A stretch of DNA of 64,000 bases, from the NCBI GenBank assembly GCA_051453625.1, contig JBOZIK010000001.1, forward strand, positions 27,666,937 to 27,730,936, in the 5' to 3' direction. Below the pieces are notes generated by a model. It saw only the letters and a list, made by a program, of their open reading frames with translations, did no database searches and was not told the DNA's origin. Source of the stretch: Welwitschia mirabilis. Its lineage: Eukaryota. Made by a program: the position numbers and the translations under genes. Shown here one piece after another: positions 1-12,420 of this stretch; within the stretch, counting starts at the first letter, position 1; every line of letters starts with the position of its first letter.

Positions 1-77
1 TTGTATTTTTCATCTTATTGATAATTAACAGGATTGAAATTGAAACGTGAACTATTGCACAAATATACACAGCAACA
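1..77 (+). mobile_element. 3' end of an Athila-like LTR (family A), cut by the window start
   Basis: ATAATTAACAGGATTGAAATTGAAACGTGAACTATTGCACAAATATACACAGCAACA aligns with the end of the solo LTR at 23000-23059 and with the reverse complement of 36010-36065. It ends in CAACA and no PBS follows. Confidence 0.8.
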
Positions 78-1149
78 AAAATCAAACCACATAAGATAGC
101 TAAATCATATTAAAAAAATATAAATTTGGATGATCCAATCCTTTTGAAAGAACAAATTAAAGCAATAAAGTAGTTGGAAAAATCAAGAAAGTCACAGACT
201 GAGTCAAGGTTAGACATTGTCAAAAATAAAAATATCAAGCATCAAACAAATAATATAATTATATTGTTAAGGAACTAATAATTATATGAGTATGGGAGAA
301 ACTGATGACTTAGAAATGAATGTACATTTATGATATGTTTCTAATAAAGAATATACTAAATTATTAGCCAATATTATAATATTACCATAATATATTATGA
401 GTTATTATAAGCTAACTTTGTGATGAGTGATGCTATAAAAAGGGAAGTGGTTACAACAAATGGATAGGTACCACAAAGAAAGGAATAATAAACTCTCTAT
501 CACTGCACTTATAAATAGGCATATAGTAGAATCTTGGGAATCTTTTAGAAGTCTTGGAGAAAAGATGAAAAGCACATTCAAGCAAAGAGATCATAGAAGG
601 AAGAGTTATAAAGTGACTACGTAAAGCTCTAATGCCTATTATGAAACATAGGGGAAGTTAATATTTGTATTTTTTTTGCTAAATAATAGAAGCTATGTTA
701 TTATGAAAAGAATCTTATGGTCCTAAATTATGTAATTTTAAAAATTTACATACTATCTTTTTTTACTCTTAATATTGATGATAGCTAGAGTTGATATTAA
801 GATGATGTACTAGTTAGAAATAATTAGTGTAGATGATTTGGCTATCTTTTCTCTATTTTAGTTATTTTGTTATTCCTACATTCTATAACTATTATTTATA
901 ATAAAATTCTATGAAAATAAATTTTTTCTAGAAATAGTCATTCTTCACAAAGTTCATATTCTAATCTAAAGTCTTTATTATGAGTTAAAAAATTCCCTTA
1001 TAAAAATTTTAATGATTTAAGAATGTGCATAATTATGGTAGTTTAAGCTGTATGTTTTTCAGGAATTTTATTAATATTTTACTTTTTTAAAGAATTTTTC
1101 TGAATTTAGTTAAATATTTTATAGCATTTTTATTTAATCATGGGATTTT

Positions 1150-1965
1150 TAAAGAGATACTTAAACATTACCATTCTAAGGCTCATGAGGTTACTACTTA
1201 GCTAATAAGACTGCAAAAAAAATCCTCCATTTTGGTTTTTATTGGCCATAAATTTTTAAAGACTCCTACTTTTACTATAAATCTTATGATAACTATCAAG
1301 GTTAGGGAGTCTTTCGCATAGACAAATAATGCTCTTAAATTCCCTCTTTGCTATTGAACCATTTGATGTATAGGAAATCAATTTTGAATGACCTTATCCA
1401 TCATCTAATGGACATTAGTACATTCTTGTTTATATCAAATACATAATTGAATGGGTTGAAGCTTATGCTTTGTAAATAAAAATGATGCTAACATGGTAGT
1501 TAGATTCTTTAAAGAAAATGTTTTAACTCATGTTAACTGTTCATGTGTTTTAATTAGTAATGGAGGAACACACTTTTGTTAAATATAGGGTTACACATAA
1601 AGTCATAACACCTTATCACCTGTAAACAAGTAGCCAATTTTAATTTACAAATATGGCACTTAAGAAAATCCTTTCAAAAGTAATAAACTCAACCTGAAAA
1701 AACAAGTCCTTCAAACATAACGATACCTTATGGACATAATGAATTGCTTATAAAATACCCTTAGGGATGTTATTTTTTCGATTAGTCTATAATAAATCAT
1801 GTCATATACCTATGAAAATTGAGCATAGGGCTTACTAGGAAATTAAAAATATGAACTTAAACTTAGAGGTTATAAAGCAAAAAAGGATCATACAACTCAA
1901 TGAATTAGATGAAAAAAAAATCAACTTCTTAAAGTTAATGGATACCGACTGAAACATTATCATTC
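1150..1965 (+). pseudogene. Degenerate Athila-like Ty3/Gypsy integrase
   Basis: Decayed motifs in order: EILKH/GFYWP (zinc-finger region), EPFDV*EINF..PYPSSNGH*YIL (EPFDVWGIDFMGPFPSS), ISNGGTHFC, TPYH, DTLWT*.IAYKIPLGM..FRLVYNKSCHIPMKIEHRAY*EIK, NGYRLKHY. Many stops and frameshifts. Confidence 0.85.
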
Positions 1966-3638
1966 ATCCCACCATCCTTTTAAAACTTTTCATTCACTAA
2001 ATTCATTATCAAAGCACTCCATCAAATCCACATCCCATCCACTTGAACCATTAACCCATGAGTTTTTGATACTTATTAATCTAGGTTAAAATCCCTTTAA
2101 ATAAAAACCCATAATAAGAGATCATGTTATCAGTCAAGTAATGGTTAAAATGTCGTTTACGCATGGGCTTTTAAAGGANNNNNNNNNNNNNNNNNNNNNN
2201 NNNNNNNNNNNNNNNNNNNNNNNNNNNNNNNNNNNNNNNNNNNNNNNNNNNNNNNNNNNNNNNNNNNNNNNNNNNNNNCAGTCAAGTAATGGTTAAAATG
2301 TAGTTTACGCATGGGCTTTTAAAGGAAAGAATAGTTATTTTGAGTAGGTGATATAAGGATGCATTTACTTGGGGTCTTTAGTTTTGGAAAAATGTGGTTG
2401 AGAAGGTGGGATTTACCTTCACATGTGCTCTTTAAGTAAAATGCCTTTAATGGGGATAAGATTTGTCTTAACTACACTAATGGGTTAATCACCCCTTTTA
2501 AGTGCATAAAAATGACTGTAAGAAGACAAAGAAAAGAAAATAATATATCTCTTCTCTAAAGGCATGTTATATTAATCACTTAGTTGTGTTTAGTAAACTA
2601 CATTAAAACTATGGATTCCTATTAGCAATGAAGCTCTAATGATCTAATTTGTGACATGTTCAACTGCATCAGGGTTATAAACGATTATTGATAATGCAAC
2701 ACTGATTTTTGTATAATACAACATGCTTACCTCTATTAGTAGAAAATGTCATAATATTGGATGCTCAATGTAATTCAAAGGCATAATAATAAGGGGGTAT
2801 GCAAAGGTAGAAATGAAAAATAAAGGAATGAATAAGTGGGAATTGAAGGCCTTATATGAATTATTGTCTCTTAACTTTCATACTTAGGATTGACATTGAT
2901 TCCTTAGATTCTTATGGATTACTTGGTTAAAACTTCACTTGCTTCATAATGGGGTCCACTAAAAGAATACAAAAATATCATAAAGGGCTAATAACTTAAA
3001 AGATTTCATCCATTTATTTGTTAGCTTTTGGTTTTACTTAATTCATGCATTTGACATCTCATTTATCTCTTATCACTTTACTACATTCCACTTTATATCA
3101 TTTTCATGAGAATTAACTCTTAAGGCATTAACAATTTTTACAAGTAGTTTTTTAACTTANNNNNNNNNNNNNNNNNNNNNNNNNNNNNNNNNNNNNNNNN
3201 NNNNNNNNNNNNNNNNNNNNNNNNNNNNNNNNNNNNNNNNNNNNNNNNNNNNNNNNNNNGAGAATTAACTCTTAAGGCATTAACAATTTTTACAAGTAGT
3301 TTTTTAACTTAGCACATGTTTACTCGTAAATAGATAATCTTTTTCCTTACCTTAATTTTGTTTTTAATAAAAGAACTCTTCATGATTTATCTATGCCCAC
3401 ATTCTCAAAATACTTAACATTTTCATGATAAAAAAGTCAAGTTTTAATTAGGGGTAGTAACATCTTGGTTATTCACTAAAAGTTTTTTGCTTTAATGCAT
3501 TAATTACATAAAATTGATTATAAATTTTGAGTCATATCATTTACACTCTTGACATTCTTTTGACATAGATAATTTTTTCATGCCATATTTTTATTGACTT
3601 TTTTGCTAAGGCACTAGTAAAATACTATTTAGGAAGTG

Positions 3639-4252
3639 TGTTAATATGTAAAAATTGACATTTATATCAAGTGTTTCAGACCAATTTATTTTAAAGAAAG
3701 ATATTAATTTAATTTTTTTAATAATTAAATATGTCTTCTATTATTTTTAAAATAAAATTTAATATTATGTTTTTTTCTAAATTAATTACAAATTCTTAAC
3801 ATGTTTTAGAGTACATGGTAGAAAAAAGACTTAATTATGCATAAATAGTGATGGAAAATGGAGACATGAGGTGGTGACACATAGTAGAAGCAATTGAAGA
3901 CATATAGTAGAAGCATGTGGAGTTGGCATGGAGAGATGTGGTAAAAGCACTAATTGTTAGAGGAATTTAGCTCCAAAGGCTACATGTTGGACTCATCATG
4001 ATGAATAATCCATCGAATGCTACCTAACAGCCTCCACCAAATGCTATAAGACAGAATCTTATGTACCTAATGCTAAATGATGAAAAATTTACCTAATAAT
4101 ATAAGACAAAACTTTTAACCAATCCTCATCCCCATCTCTTCCTATAAAAGAGCATTGAACCCTTTATTCTATTCATCCTTTATTTGGAGAAATTTGAGAC
4201 TTTGGAACATTTACTTGTTATGGCTATCTAGGTGACTCTTTAGGTGAGTGAG
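3639..4252 (+). mobile_element. Athila-like 3' LTR, left part (interrupted by viral DNA)
   Basis: Preceded by an Athila-type PPT context (TGCTAAGGCACTAGTAAAATACTATTTAGGAAGTG|TGTTAAT). Contains CCCCATCTCTTCCTATAAAAG, homologous to CCCATCTATCCCTATAAAATG at ~27085-27105. Homology to the 26.8-27.8 kb copy stops at ~4252. Confidence 0.7.
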
Positions 4253-4312
4253 ATTGTTTATGAGGATTGCTGAGGAGTGTTCTATCCAATACCTAATAAT
4301 TGCTTGAAATGA

Positions 4313-4324
4313 CTTATTTATAGG
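4313..4324 (-). promoter_or_regulatory. Putative viral pregenomic-RNA TATA box (CCTATAAATAAG)
   Basis: TATAAATA ~100 nt after the last viral ORF, where the caulimovirid large intergenic region promoter lies. Confidence 0.5.
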
Positions 4325-4423
4325 CTATAAGTCAGCTAACATTCCCAGCCTAATAGGATGACTTAGCTAGTATTCGTAAAAGAAAAAGAGTATCTATAAA
4401 AGTGAAATGTGGAACATTCCTCC

Positions 4424-6068
4424 TTAGATCATGGGAATTTTTCCTTTTTCAGGTGCTAATTGTAGAAGGGTTCCATCCATTGTCGATGTAGGTCCTGGTC
4501 TACTATTGTATAAGTACTATACCCACCAAGGATCCTCTTCCATTTTTCTAACCAAATCATTTTAATCTTGACTTATTTCGGGTAGCAAAGGAACTTGAGA
4601 TTCTTATGAAATCATATTAACTATTACAGTCCAATCCATTAATTACTTCCAATTGATAATACAATATTCACAATCATAGTTATTACAAGTTAGAGAGACA
4701 ACATTCGTAGGTAATTTTCTAATAGGATTAGGCATAGGCTGAGTATATGAGAATATTCTAAGCATATTTAAGGATAATTTAGTAAATTACTCCATTGTAG
4801 TATCTTCTGGGACTGCTGGTAATTCTTCAAGTGGAATAAATTCTTCTTCATATTTTGGAAATGGATTAATTAAAATACTATTCATGGTAAGAAAATATTT
4901 CCAATTATTATACATTTTATGGTACCTCAAATTCCACTTCAGATAGTGCATATCCCACTAAGTATGACTTGGAAATTCCCACATAGTATCTAATATAACC
5001 AATTCTTGTACTATCTCATTTACTATTGAAGGTCTTCTAGTAAATGTTGTCTTTTCTTTAGCTCACACAACATCATCTTACACATTAGGAAGCTTCTGAT
5101 CAAACTTGTCTTTGATAACTGCCATATTATTATAGCATCTTTATAGATTATAAGTAATTATAGTGCTAACACATTTTTTTAGAGGAATTTTGATAGGAGC
5201 TAATTTCATTCCTAACAGTTGCACAGGGTGAAGAGTGTATAACCAATTCTAACTTTCTTAGGATTCAATATCAAAGGATAAAAACCTACCTTTGGAACAT
5301 GATTAACGCTACTCACTCGAAGGCATGTATTAAGGTCTGTGGTATATACATATATATACCAAGATCCTTTGATTGATGCCTTATCTAATACAGAATAAAG
5401 GTAATAAGGTCTACATATTGGATTTCCTTAACATTCTATATAACTAGAGAAATTTGTAATATCGTAAAGGAAATCCAAAGAAAAAGAATTTGTATTCATT
5501 AGATTATCTAGATAATAATCTTTTACCCAATGTGTAGTATCCAGATCTTCTTTTTTAGGAGTAAATCCAAATTCTTTCCACCAACTTGCAAATTCTATCT
5601 ATACGTTTGGAACATCAACAAATTCTGTACTCCATGTTAAACTTGTTTTTTTCATATCTAACTAGATTATCTTGTTTAAAAAATATGACTTCTGTCTATA
5701 AAATAATGGCCATATAAACCAAAAACCATCAACATACTAATTAGTATCCATATAAATAATATTGCATAATGGAGTTACCTTTTTCCATTTGAAATCAATG
5801 AAAGTATTACTTCAGTTGATGTTCAACATTCTACATAGCATTTTGATTATGTTCCTCAAACTCATCAATATTTGCTAGGATAATTTCATCTTATTCTTGA
5901 AATTTGGCAATCATTTTATAGCTTCTCAAAAATCATCTGGATAAGTTTCATGTGAGACACTTTATCTTTTCTAGGAATTCTTCATTTCTTACCTTGATGA
6001 GGATCTTGACTTGCTGTTATAGGTCCAAGAGTTCCTATAACATTTGCTTCACCTTCGACCATTGCCAT
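4424..6068 (-). pseudogene. Disrupted second viral ORF (~550 codons) directly after RNase H, function unknown
   Basis: ATG at 6068, 15 nt after the polyprotein stop (MAMVEGEANVIGTLGP). Long protein-like stretches: EFASWWKEFGFTPKKEDLDTTHWVKDYY, DTMWEFPSH*WDMHYLKWNLRYHKMYNNWKYF, DLVRKMEEDPWWV...PEKGKIPMI*. Confidence 0.6.
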
Positions 6069-6083
6069 TTTTGCTTTAATAAG

Positions 6084-8144
6084 TTATCTTGTTAACAAAT
6101 TAGCTAGTAAATTTTTATCTCCTTCGATATGTTGAACCTTGTATTTATAGCCTTTCAAAATTGCTCACCACTAATAAAATCTAAACTATGTATCCTTTTC
6201 TTTATTCTATTTCTTTAATAAAAAAACTATATTCCAAGAATCTGTCTTTAGAATAAAGCTTTTTGTGATAAGAATTGAATATAGCTTTCCAAAGATTGGA
6301 TAATGCTTAGCATCTCTTTATCTTCTATTAGCCATTTTTTCTCATTTGGTTTGAATTATCCTGACATATATCTTATCAATCTATTTGGTGAATTTGCTTT
6401 TTCTTTTTTAAAAAGGATAGCACCCCAATAGTTATTATATGCATCTATATAGAATATATGGGTTATTACGAGTAGGATGCAAAGTAGGAAGTGTCTTATT
6501 TGCATGTTTTAACTTTTATACCTCATCTTTTACTTCCTTCATCCATACATATGGTTATTTCTTCATACATTTCTATATATGCTTTGCCTTTTTGCTTAGA
6601 TATAGAATATCTTCTTAAGCATAATTCACTAATCCTAGGAAGCGCTAGCATTCGTTTTTGCTCTTGAGTGATGTAGGAAATTTCTAAAGGTTGACAGTAA
6701 CATGTTCTTGTAGCTGTATCTTGCCTTTACTAATTCTTACTCCAAGAAATTTAATTTCTGTCTTGGATATCTTCATTTCCTTTAGATCTGAACTAAGGCC
6801 AATTCCATAAGTAAGGCAAAGATCAGCAAATATATCAAGTTGTTTATAATGTTCTTCAAGATTGTTTGAATAAAGAAGAAAATCATCAATGTAATTTGCA
6901 ATAAAATCATAAGGATTAAATATCATATCCATTTGATATTGAAAGATTGCAGGAGCATTCTTTAATTCAAAAGGCATCACTTTTCATTCAAATAATCCTT
7001 TATGTATTGCAAAATCTATCTTATGCTTGTCTTCTTCCTTAATAATGATTTGATGATATTCACTTTTACAATTACATTTAGAATAAATTTCTCTTTGAGC
7101 CACTCTATTTATTATCTTATATTTATCTTTCATTGGCATAACAAAATCAATTGTAATAGCATTTAAAGGTTTATAATTAATAATCATTTAAGCCTTTTCT
7201 CTTGTTATTTCAGAATGATTTCGAACAATAAAAGCACCAAAACTGTAATCAGAATGAAAGAGTCTAATCAAATCCTTTTCTAATAATTTGCTTACTTGAC
7301 TTTATAATTCATTTTCATCTTCTTTAGGCAATCTAATTAAAGAACTTTTAACTAGAATTTAATGCACCAATGGAATTTCAGCTATCATTCCATATCTATT
7401 CCACTTCTCTAATGGATGTTCTATATAACAGCTGAGTAACTTTGCTTTTATTCTTTTTTTATATTGAATTTCATTAGATTTTCTTTTATTTTTTTCTTCC
7501 TTATTATCTTAACATAGTTACTAATTCATCTTGATAATAGAATTGAAGTCTATTTGAATATATTGTTATAGCTTGTAATTCTTTTAATAAGACATACCTA
7601 TACCAATTGAATGACTTGATACTTCAATGTTAAAAAAATCTATTTTCATATTTTCATCTCCAATCCATATCTTTAAATCTTTAGAAACCTAATCAATCTA
7701 TCTAGAACCATTCATCATTTTGACTAAATAAGGATTTGGCAATTTTATCCATATAGTAGTGATTACATTCTTTACAAAATTTGATGTAGCTCTAGTATCA
7801 ACTAATGCATCATAATAATTATTTTCAACTTTTACTAAAATTAAAACAAACTTAATCTTTTTACCTTCTATCATAGTTCTTACTATTTCTTCCACTTCTT
7901 ATTGAGATTCATCTCCTTTACGATTATCTTCATTTGTGTTATCTTGGATTGAAGGATTATGAGTTTGTAACACAAACTGTTACTGTTGTTTTATCTTTTT
8001 ACTATGGGGCAGAGAAGAAGTTTGTGTTATGGACAAACAATGATTTACTTATAAAGAGTCATGAGAACTATAACAAACAGAATTTTTAGAGTTAGATAAT
8101 TCTTCATAATCAATTTCAATAAGATTAGTTTCTTGGAAATAGGC
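6084..8144 (-). pseudogene. Caulimovirid polyprotein remnant: acidic capsid C-terminal region, aspartic protease, reverse transcriptase, RNase H
   Basis: Protease YYDALVDTRATSNFV; CYIEHPLEKWNR linker; GAFIVRNHSEITREKA*MIINYKPLN; RT MPFELKNAPAIFQ...YIDDFLLYS...EIKFLG; RNase H KTLPTLHP...DAYNNYWGAIL, YMSG*FK...DKEML, HIEGDKNLLANLLTR* (stop 6084-6086). Positions 8144 to 7698 read in a single frame apart from TAA stops. Confidence 0.9.
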
Positions 8145-8409
8145 AATAAGATAACTTTGAAGTGAATAATTGTAAAGAATAAATTGTTGATATCTTGAAG
8201 CTAGTTTACTTCCTTACTCTCTTAGATTAAGTTCAAACTCAATTATAAATTTCATCTCTTCTTCTTTTTATTTTCTATTTATGCTTATATTAAAGATCAA
8301 AGTTAGTGCAATTCTAACCAATAACCTATGTTATCTCTAAGGAAGAATGATACAAAGTGTTATACTTAGTTTAAATCCATATGTTGTACTACAAAGTTAA
8401 CTAATAACA
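8135..8409 (+). mobile_element. Athila-like 3' LTR, right part (resumes after the viral insert)
   Basis: TTGAAGCTAGTTTACTTCC...AAACTCAATT...TAGTGCAATTCTAACC...ATGTTATCTCTAAGGAAGAATGATA aligns with 27566-27790 of the uninterrupted copy. Ends in AATAACA. Confidence 0.7.
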
Positions 8410-8487
8410 TACATAGGAACTTTACTAATTAAATTAAGAAGAAAAACCCTACCTGTATTAGTTAACTAAAAAAGGCTTAGTATAGAG

Positions 8488-8950
8488 TGATGAAGCTTAA
8501 AGTGGATATTTCATGTCAATCGGTATTTATTTTTCTATTTATGATAAAGTCATAAAGATAGATACTTTTTAAATCTCTAAAATCTTAGTGAGAATGAAAT
8601 TTTTTTAATGAAATACATCATATCCTACATAGCCTAAATGCTAGTCAAATGTCATTAGTTATCATAAGAATGATGTTTTAATAGGATGAGAAATGGGATG
8701 TACTTGAAAATCATAAGAGTTACACATGTAATTTAGAAAATAAGACCTAGTGAGATATAAATGAAAAAGTAAAGAAAGCCACATAAGTTAAGAAGTGTAG
8801 AGAGGAAAATCAAAAGAAACCCTATTTAGCACTATAATCTTGTATCTTTAACATTGTATCTCTAGCATTTGTGAAATTTTAAGAAATGCTAGGGAAGAAC
8901 CATTTATCCCTACCTTGAAAGAAAAGTAAAAACACTAGAGGAAATATAAA
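8488..8950 (+). mobile_element. Athila-like LTR 5' fragment
   Basis: AAAGGCTTAGTATAGAG|TGATGAAGCTTAAAGTGGATATTTC resembles a decayed PPT followed by an LTR start. Runs into an N gap. Confidence 0.4.
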
Positions 8951-9499
8951 NNNNNNNNNNNNNNNNNNNNNNNNNNNNNNNNNNNNNNNNNNNNNNNNNN
9001 NAATTAAAGTGATTTTAAAATGTAAGAAAAATAAAAACTAAAATACCATATAAAAGAATAAAATAATAAATTACACCTATTAAAAAATATTAAAAATGTG
9101 AAAAATCAAGGGCCATGTCCTATTTATATTAGAAAATAAATCTTTAGATTAAATTTTATTAACTTAACTTAATTATAATTAATTTAAACAAGACCTAATT
9201 AATCCTAATTAAACTCTAATTGGACTACAACTAATTTTTTTTCCACTTACCTAAATTAAGGTTAAGTAAACCTTTAATAAAAAATAGTAAAAACAAGGGT
9301 AAGTGACATCACATTACTGTATTTAACATTGCATAAAGAGACTTCACATCACACTTGAAAGATAGACATTATACTTTCTCAGATTTCATACTTAAAAGTC
9401 CAACATTATATAAAACAAATTTTTTACACTAGATTATACATATTTAACCTGTAAACCATAGTAAATTAATATATTTTTAAGGATATGAATATCATAATT

Positions 9500-12420
9500 A
9501 TAATTAATTTATTATTAATTATATCTATCTATGAATTATTTAGATTTTTATTAAAAATAATTGACTTTTAATATTTCATTTAAATATCATCCTAAGATAT
9601 CTAAACTTTGTTTAGCCAAACTAATTAAAGGTGATAACACCATTATCAAGACCACTAGTGTCATTGATGTTATGGAGAAAAGTGAATTCTATAAATAAGG
9701 ATAAGATAATTAGATTCTAAGATGATAAAGTAACCTTATAACTTAATTCTAGACTAGTCTATGAAGACCAAGAACTACATATTGATATCTTATTATCCAA
9801 GGAAACATGTTATTTATTCATTAATAATAAAGATAAACCAATGGAGATATCTATCCCTTAGAAAATATATAAAATAATAGCCTATCCCTAAGTTTTAATC
9901 ATCCTAGATCCTTATCTTTTATTCTTGATTAATACTAGAAGATTTAAATTATCCATTATTAAATTACTATTTTTCATCATTTGTCAAACCTTTATTAGAT
10001 TAGATATAGAATTTCAAGGATTATGATGATGGATTATTGTATAATAAAGTTTTATTTCTCTTTTGTGCCTTCTTGAGTCTATGGAGATGATTATTTCATG
10101 TGGAATCTATGATGCCTTAACTTAATTTCAAAGTTGGTAATCTTTATAGTGGTCCATCATTAGTGAATGTATTTGGATCTTTGATTAAATTTGATTTACA
10201 TTTTCATCGCTTATTTAATTAGAAGTATTAGTTATGTAATAGTATCTTTTGAATATTCCTTACACTAATTTTATAGGATTATTTCTGTAATGATTTGTAT
10301 GATTTAAATGATTAATAAATTACTAGGTAAAATATTTCATTGTATTCTTTTGTTATTATACATTTCATTATAAAATGTAACATATCCATTATTTTAATTC
10401 ATTTACATTCAAACTCTATCGTGGAATAATTTATTACTTATTTAGAAAATCAAGTTATTCTTAGTAAATTATTTCTCAATTGTTTAAGAATTGCATGATA
10501 GATTATGTCATGAATAGCTATTTTTTATTCTTAAAATAATACATTAAATTAGTTGGATACTTTCTTTAATTACTATATGAATCCCTCTTACACTTAAACA
10601 TACCTTTAAAAAGTTTTGTTAATTATTCAAATATTTAAAATACGTTTTTAGTTATTATGATAGAATGATAATTAAGATTATTTATACTATAATACAAGCC
10701 TGAGTTTGTTATTTAAAACTACTTTGTTTACCTTGATTACTATGGCATACCTTCTATAAGTTAGAACATATTTTAAAGATAAATGTATAGCAAGTTTTTG
10801 AATCTATTATAAGGGATTATAATTATTATTCCTTGGCTTCCATTTAAAGAAATTCTTTATTTTCTAATTTTTTGATGTTTCTTTAACAATATTTAACTAG
10901 GTGCATATAGAGCATAAAAACATAGATTTATGGATATTTTCTTTAGATATATACATAGGATGACTATTATATTAAGGCATGATTCATCATTATTTTTGAA
11001 TTTGTGGTAGTAGAAATGATAGATCTAATTCATTTATCAAAATTAATAGATCCTCCCTGTGTGTTTTTCTATTAATAGATACTGGTATTTTTTTGAATAA
11101 AATTGTGTTAAAATAAGAAATTTTTTCTGTGAGGTACTCTATATCAAATAGCATAATCCTTTGACCTTTTTTAAAAAAATTGTTGTGACATAAACTTTCC
11201 ATCCTAGCTAGTGTTGTCATCATTTCTACTAGCTTCCTCATACTTTCTCTAATTCTATTTATTATTATTTGGTAGATTGTATATTTTAATAATCTTTGTT
11301 ATTTTACATTAGCACTCTATTTTAAAATTATTTTTATGCATCATTAAATTATATCTATTGCTAGCCAATTCATAAGAAAAGTGATAAAAATGGGAATACC
11401 AATTACTTCTAGATGATTCTAATTTTAAAATATCTAAAACCTTGAATTCAAACTACCAATATGTTAACTAAATACACTATTAACATTCTCTTAACTAAGT
11501 TAATCATGTTTAATATGGATAGAAATAGTATGCATCAAGAAATCCTAGGAAAAGTTTAAAACCAATATGAAAACCTAAGTACTTAGCTACATCTTCTAGT
11601 ATGATCTCATCTACTCACATAAACAAAATTTAAATGAAAGCATTTGTCTTCCATTTATCATCCAAATTCCATAGCTTGAATTCTAAAGATACCTATGAAC
11701 ATGTAAGAGAATTTGATGCTTTCATTTATACGATAAGAAAATAAGGCAAAGTAGTTAATACAAAATATGTTTCATTCTCTTTAAAAGAAAAAGATAAAAA
11801 TTGAATACATAATCTAAAAACTTATTTTATTAAATCATTGAGAAAGACATCATAAGTAAGTATCTAGAAAAATACTTTCTAGCTCATAAAACTAATGAAC
11901 TTATAAGAAAAATCATGGATTTTTAGAAGCATGCCCTTAGAAAAAAAATTTACAAGGCCTTTGAATGATTTAAAGGCCTATTAAAGAGATGTCCATGATA
12001 TTGTTTAAGCATTACTGGTCACTGATATTTATTTATGAAGGACTAAGTGTATAAAGTAAGAAACTAAGAAAAATGACGAGTGATTGAAATTCACATCTAA
12101 GGAGCTAGATGAAGCAGGAAAAACTATGAAAAACATAGATCAGAACTTTAAAAATTGGATAGACCCACTAAAATAGTAAATTAATTAAACAAGACTTTAA
12201 AGTTATAGGATGAGGGATATATAAGTTAGATAAGAAGGAAATCCTACTCAAAAAACTAAATCACATTACTAAGAGGTTAGATAACCTTTAAGCACAAAAA
12301 CCTAAAACAACTTATGATGGAGCTATACTTACTATATGTACTTTTTATAAGCATGAAAGTAATGAATGTCCTATTTTACTCTACAAAGAGATAGTAACTG
12401 AGCAATTGAACATTATATAA
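9500..12420 (+). mobile_element. Truncated Athila-like element: 5' LTR (~9500-10792), degenerate tRNA-Asp PBS, gag fragment (~11590-12420)
   Basis: 9900-10700 aligns with 28800-29690. CA|AGTTTTTGAATCTATTATAAGGGAT is a decayed form of TTTTTGGCGCCGTTGCCGGGGA. Gag motif KFHSLNSKDTYEHVREFD (cf. KFHGLxSEDPYxHLxEF). Left boundary approximate. Confidence 0.7.

Larger units (their letters stand above)
4253..8144 (-). mobile_element. Endogenous caulimovirid (pararetrovirus) fragment
   Basis: Protease-RT-RNase H with no integrase, caulimovirid signature motifs, a downstream second ORF and a TATA box. Both flanks are halves of an unrelated LTR. Confidence 0.88.

Noticed and set aside
625-640. GCTCTAATGCCTA as a reverse tRNA-Met PBS
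   Set aside because: The match is partial and I could not tie it to an LTR or gag, so no element is called at 78-1100.
2131-2326. Direct repeats on both sides of ~100-N gaps (also 3108-3311, 30726-30886, 61039-61285)
   Set aside because: Identical or near-identical 30-65 bp overlaps around fixed-size gaps indicate unmerged contig ends, not biological duplications.
6084-7895. RT initially considered a Ty3/Gypsy pol
   Set aside because: No integrase follows RNase H, there are no cognate LTRs, and the AFIVRNHSE..R.K.RM.INYK.LN and HPLEKW motifs are caulimovirid.
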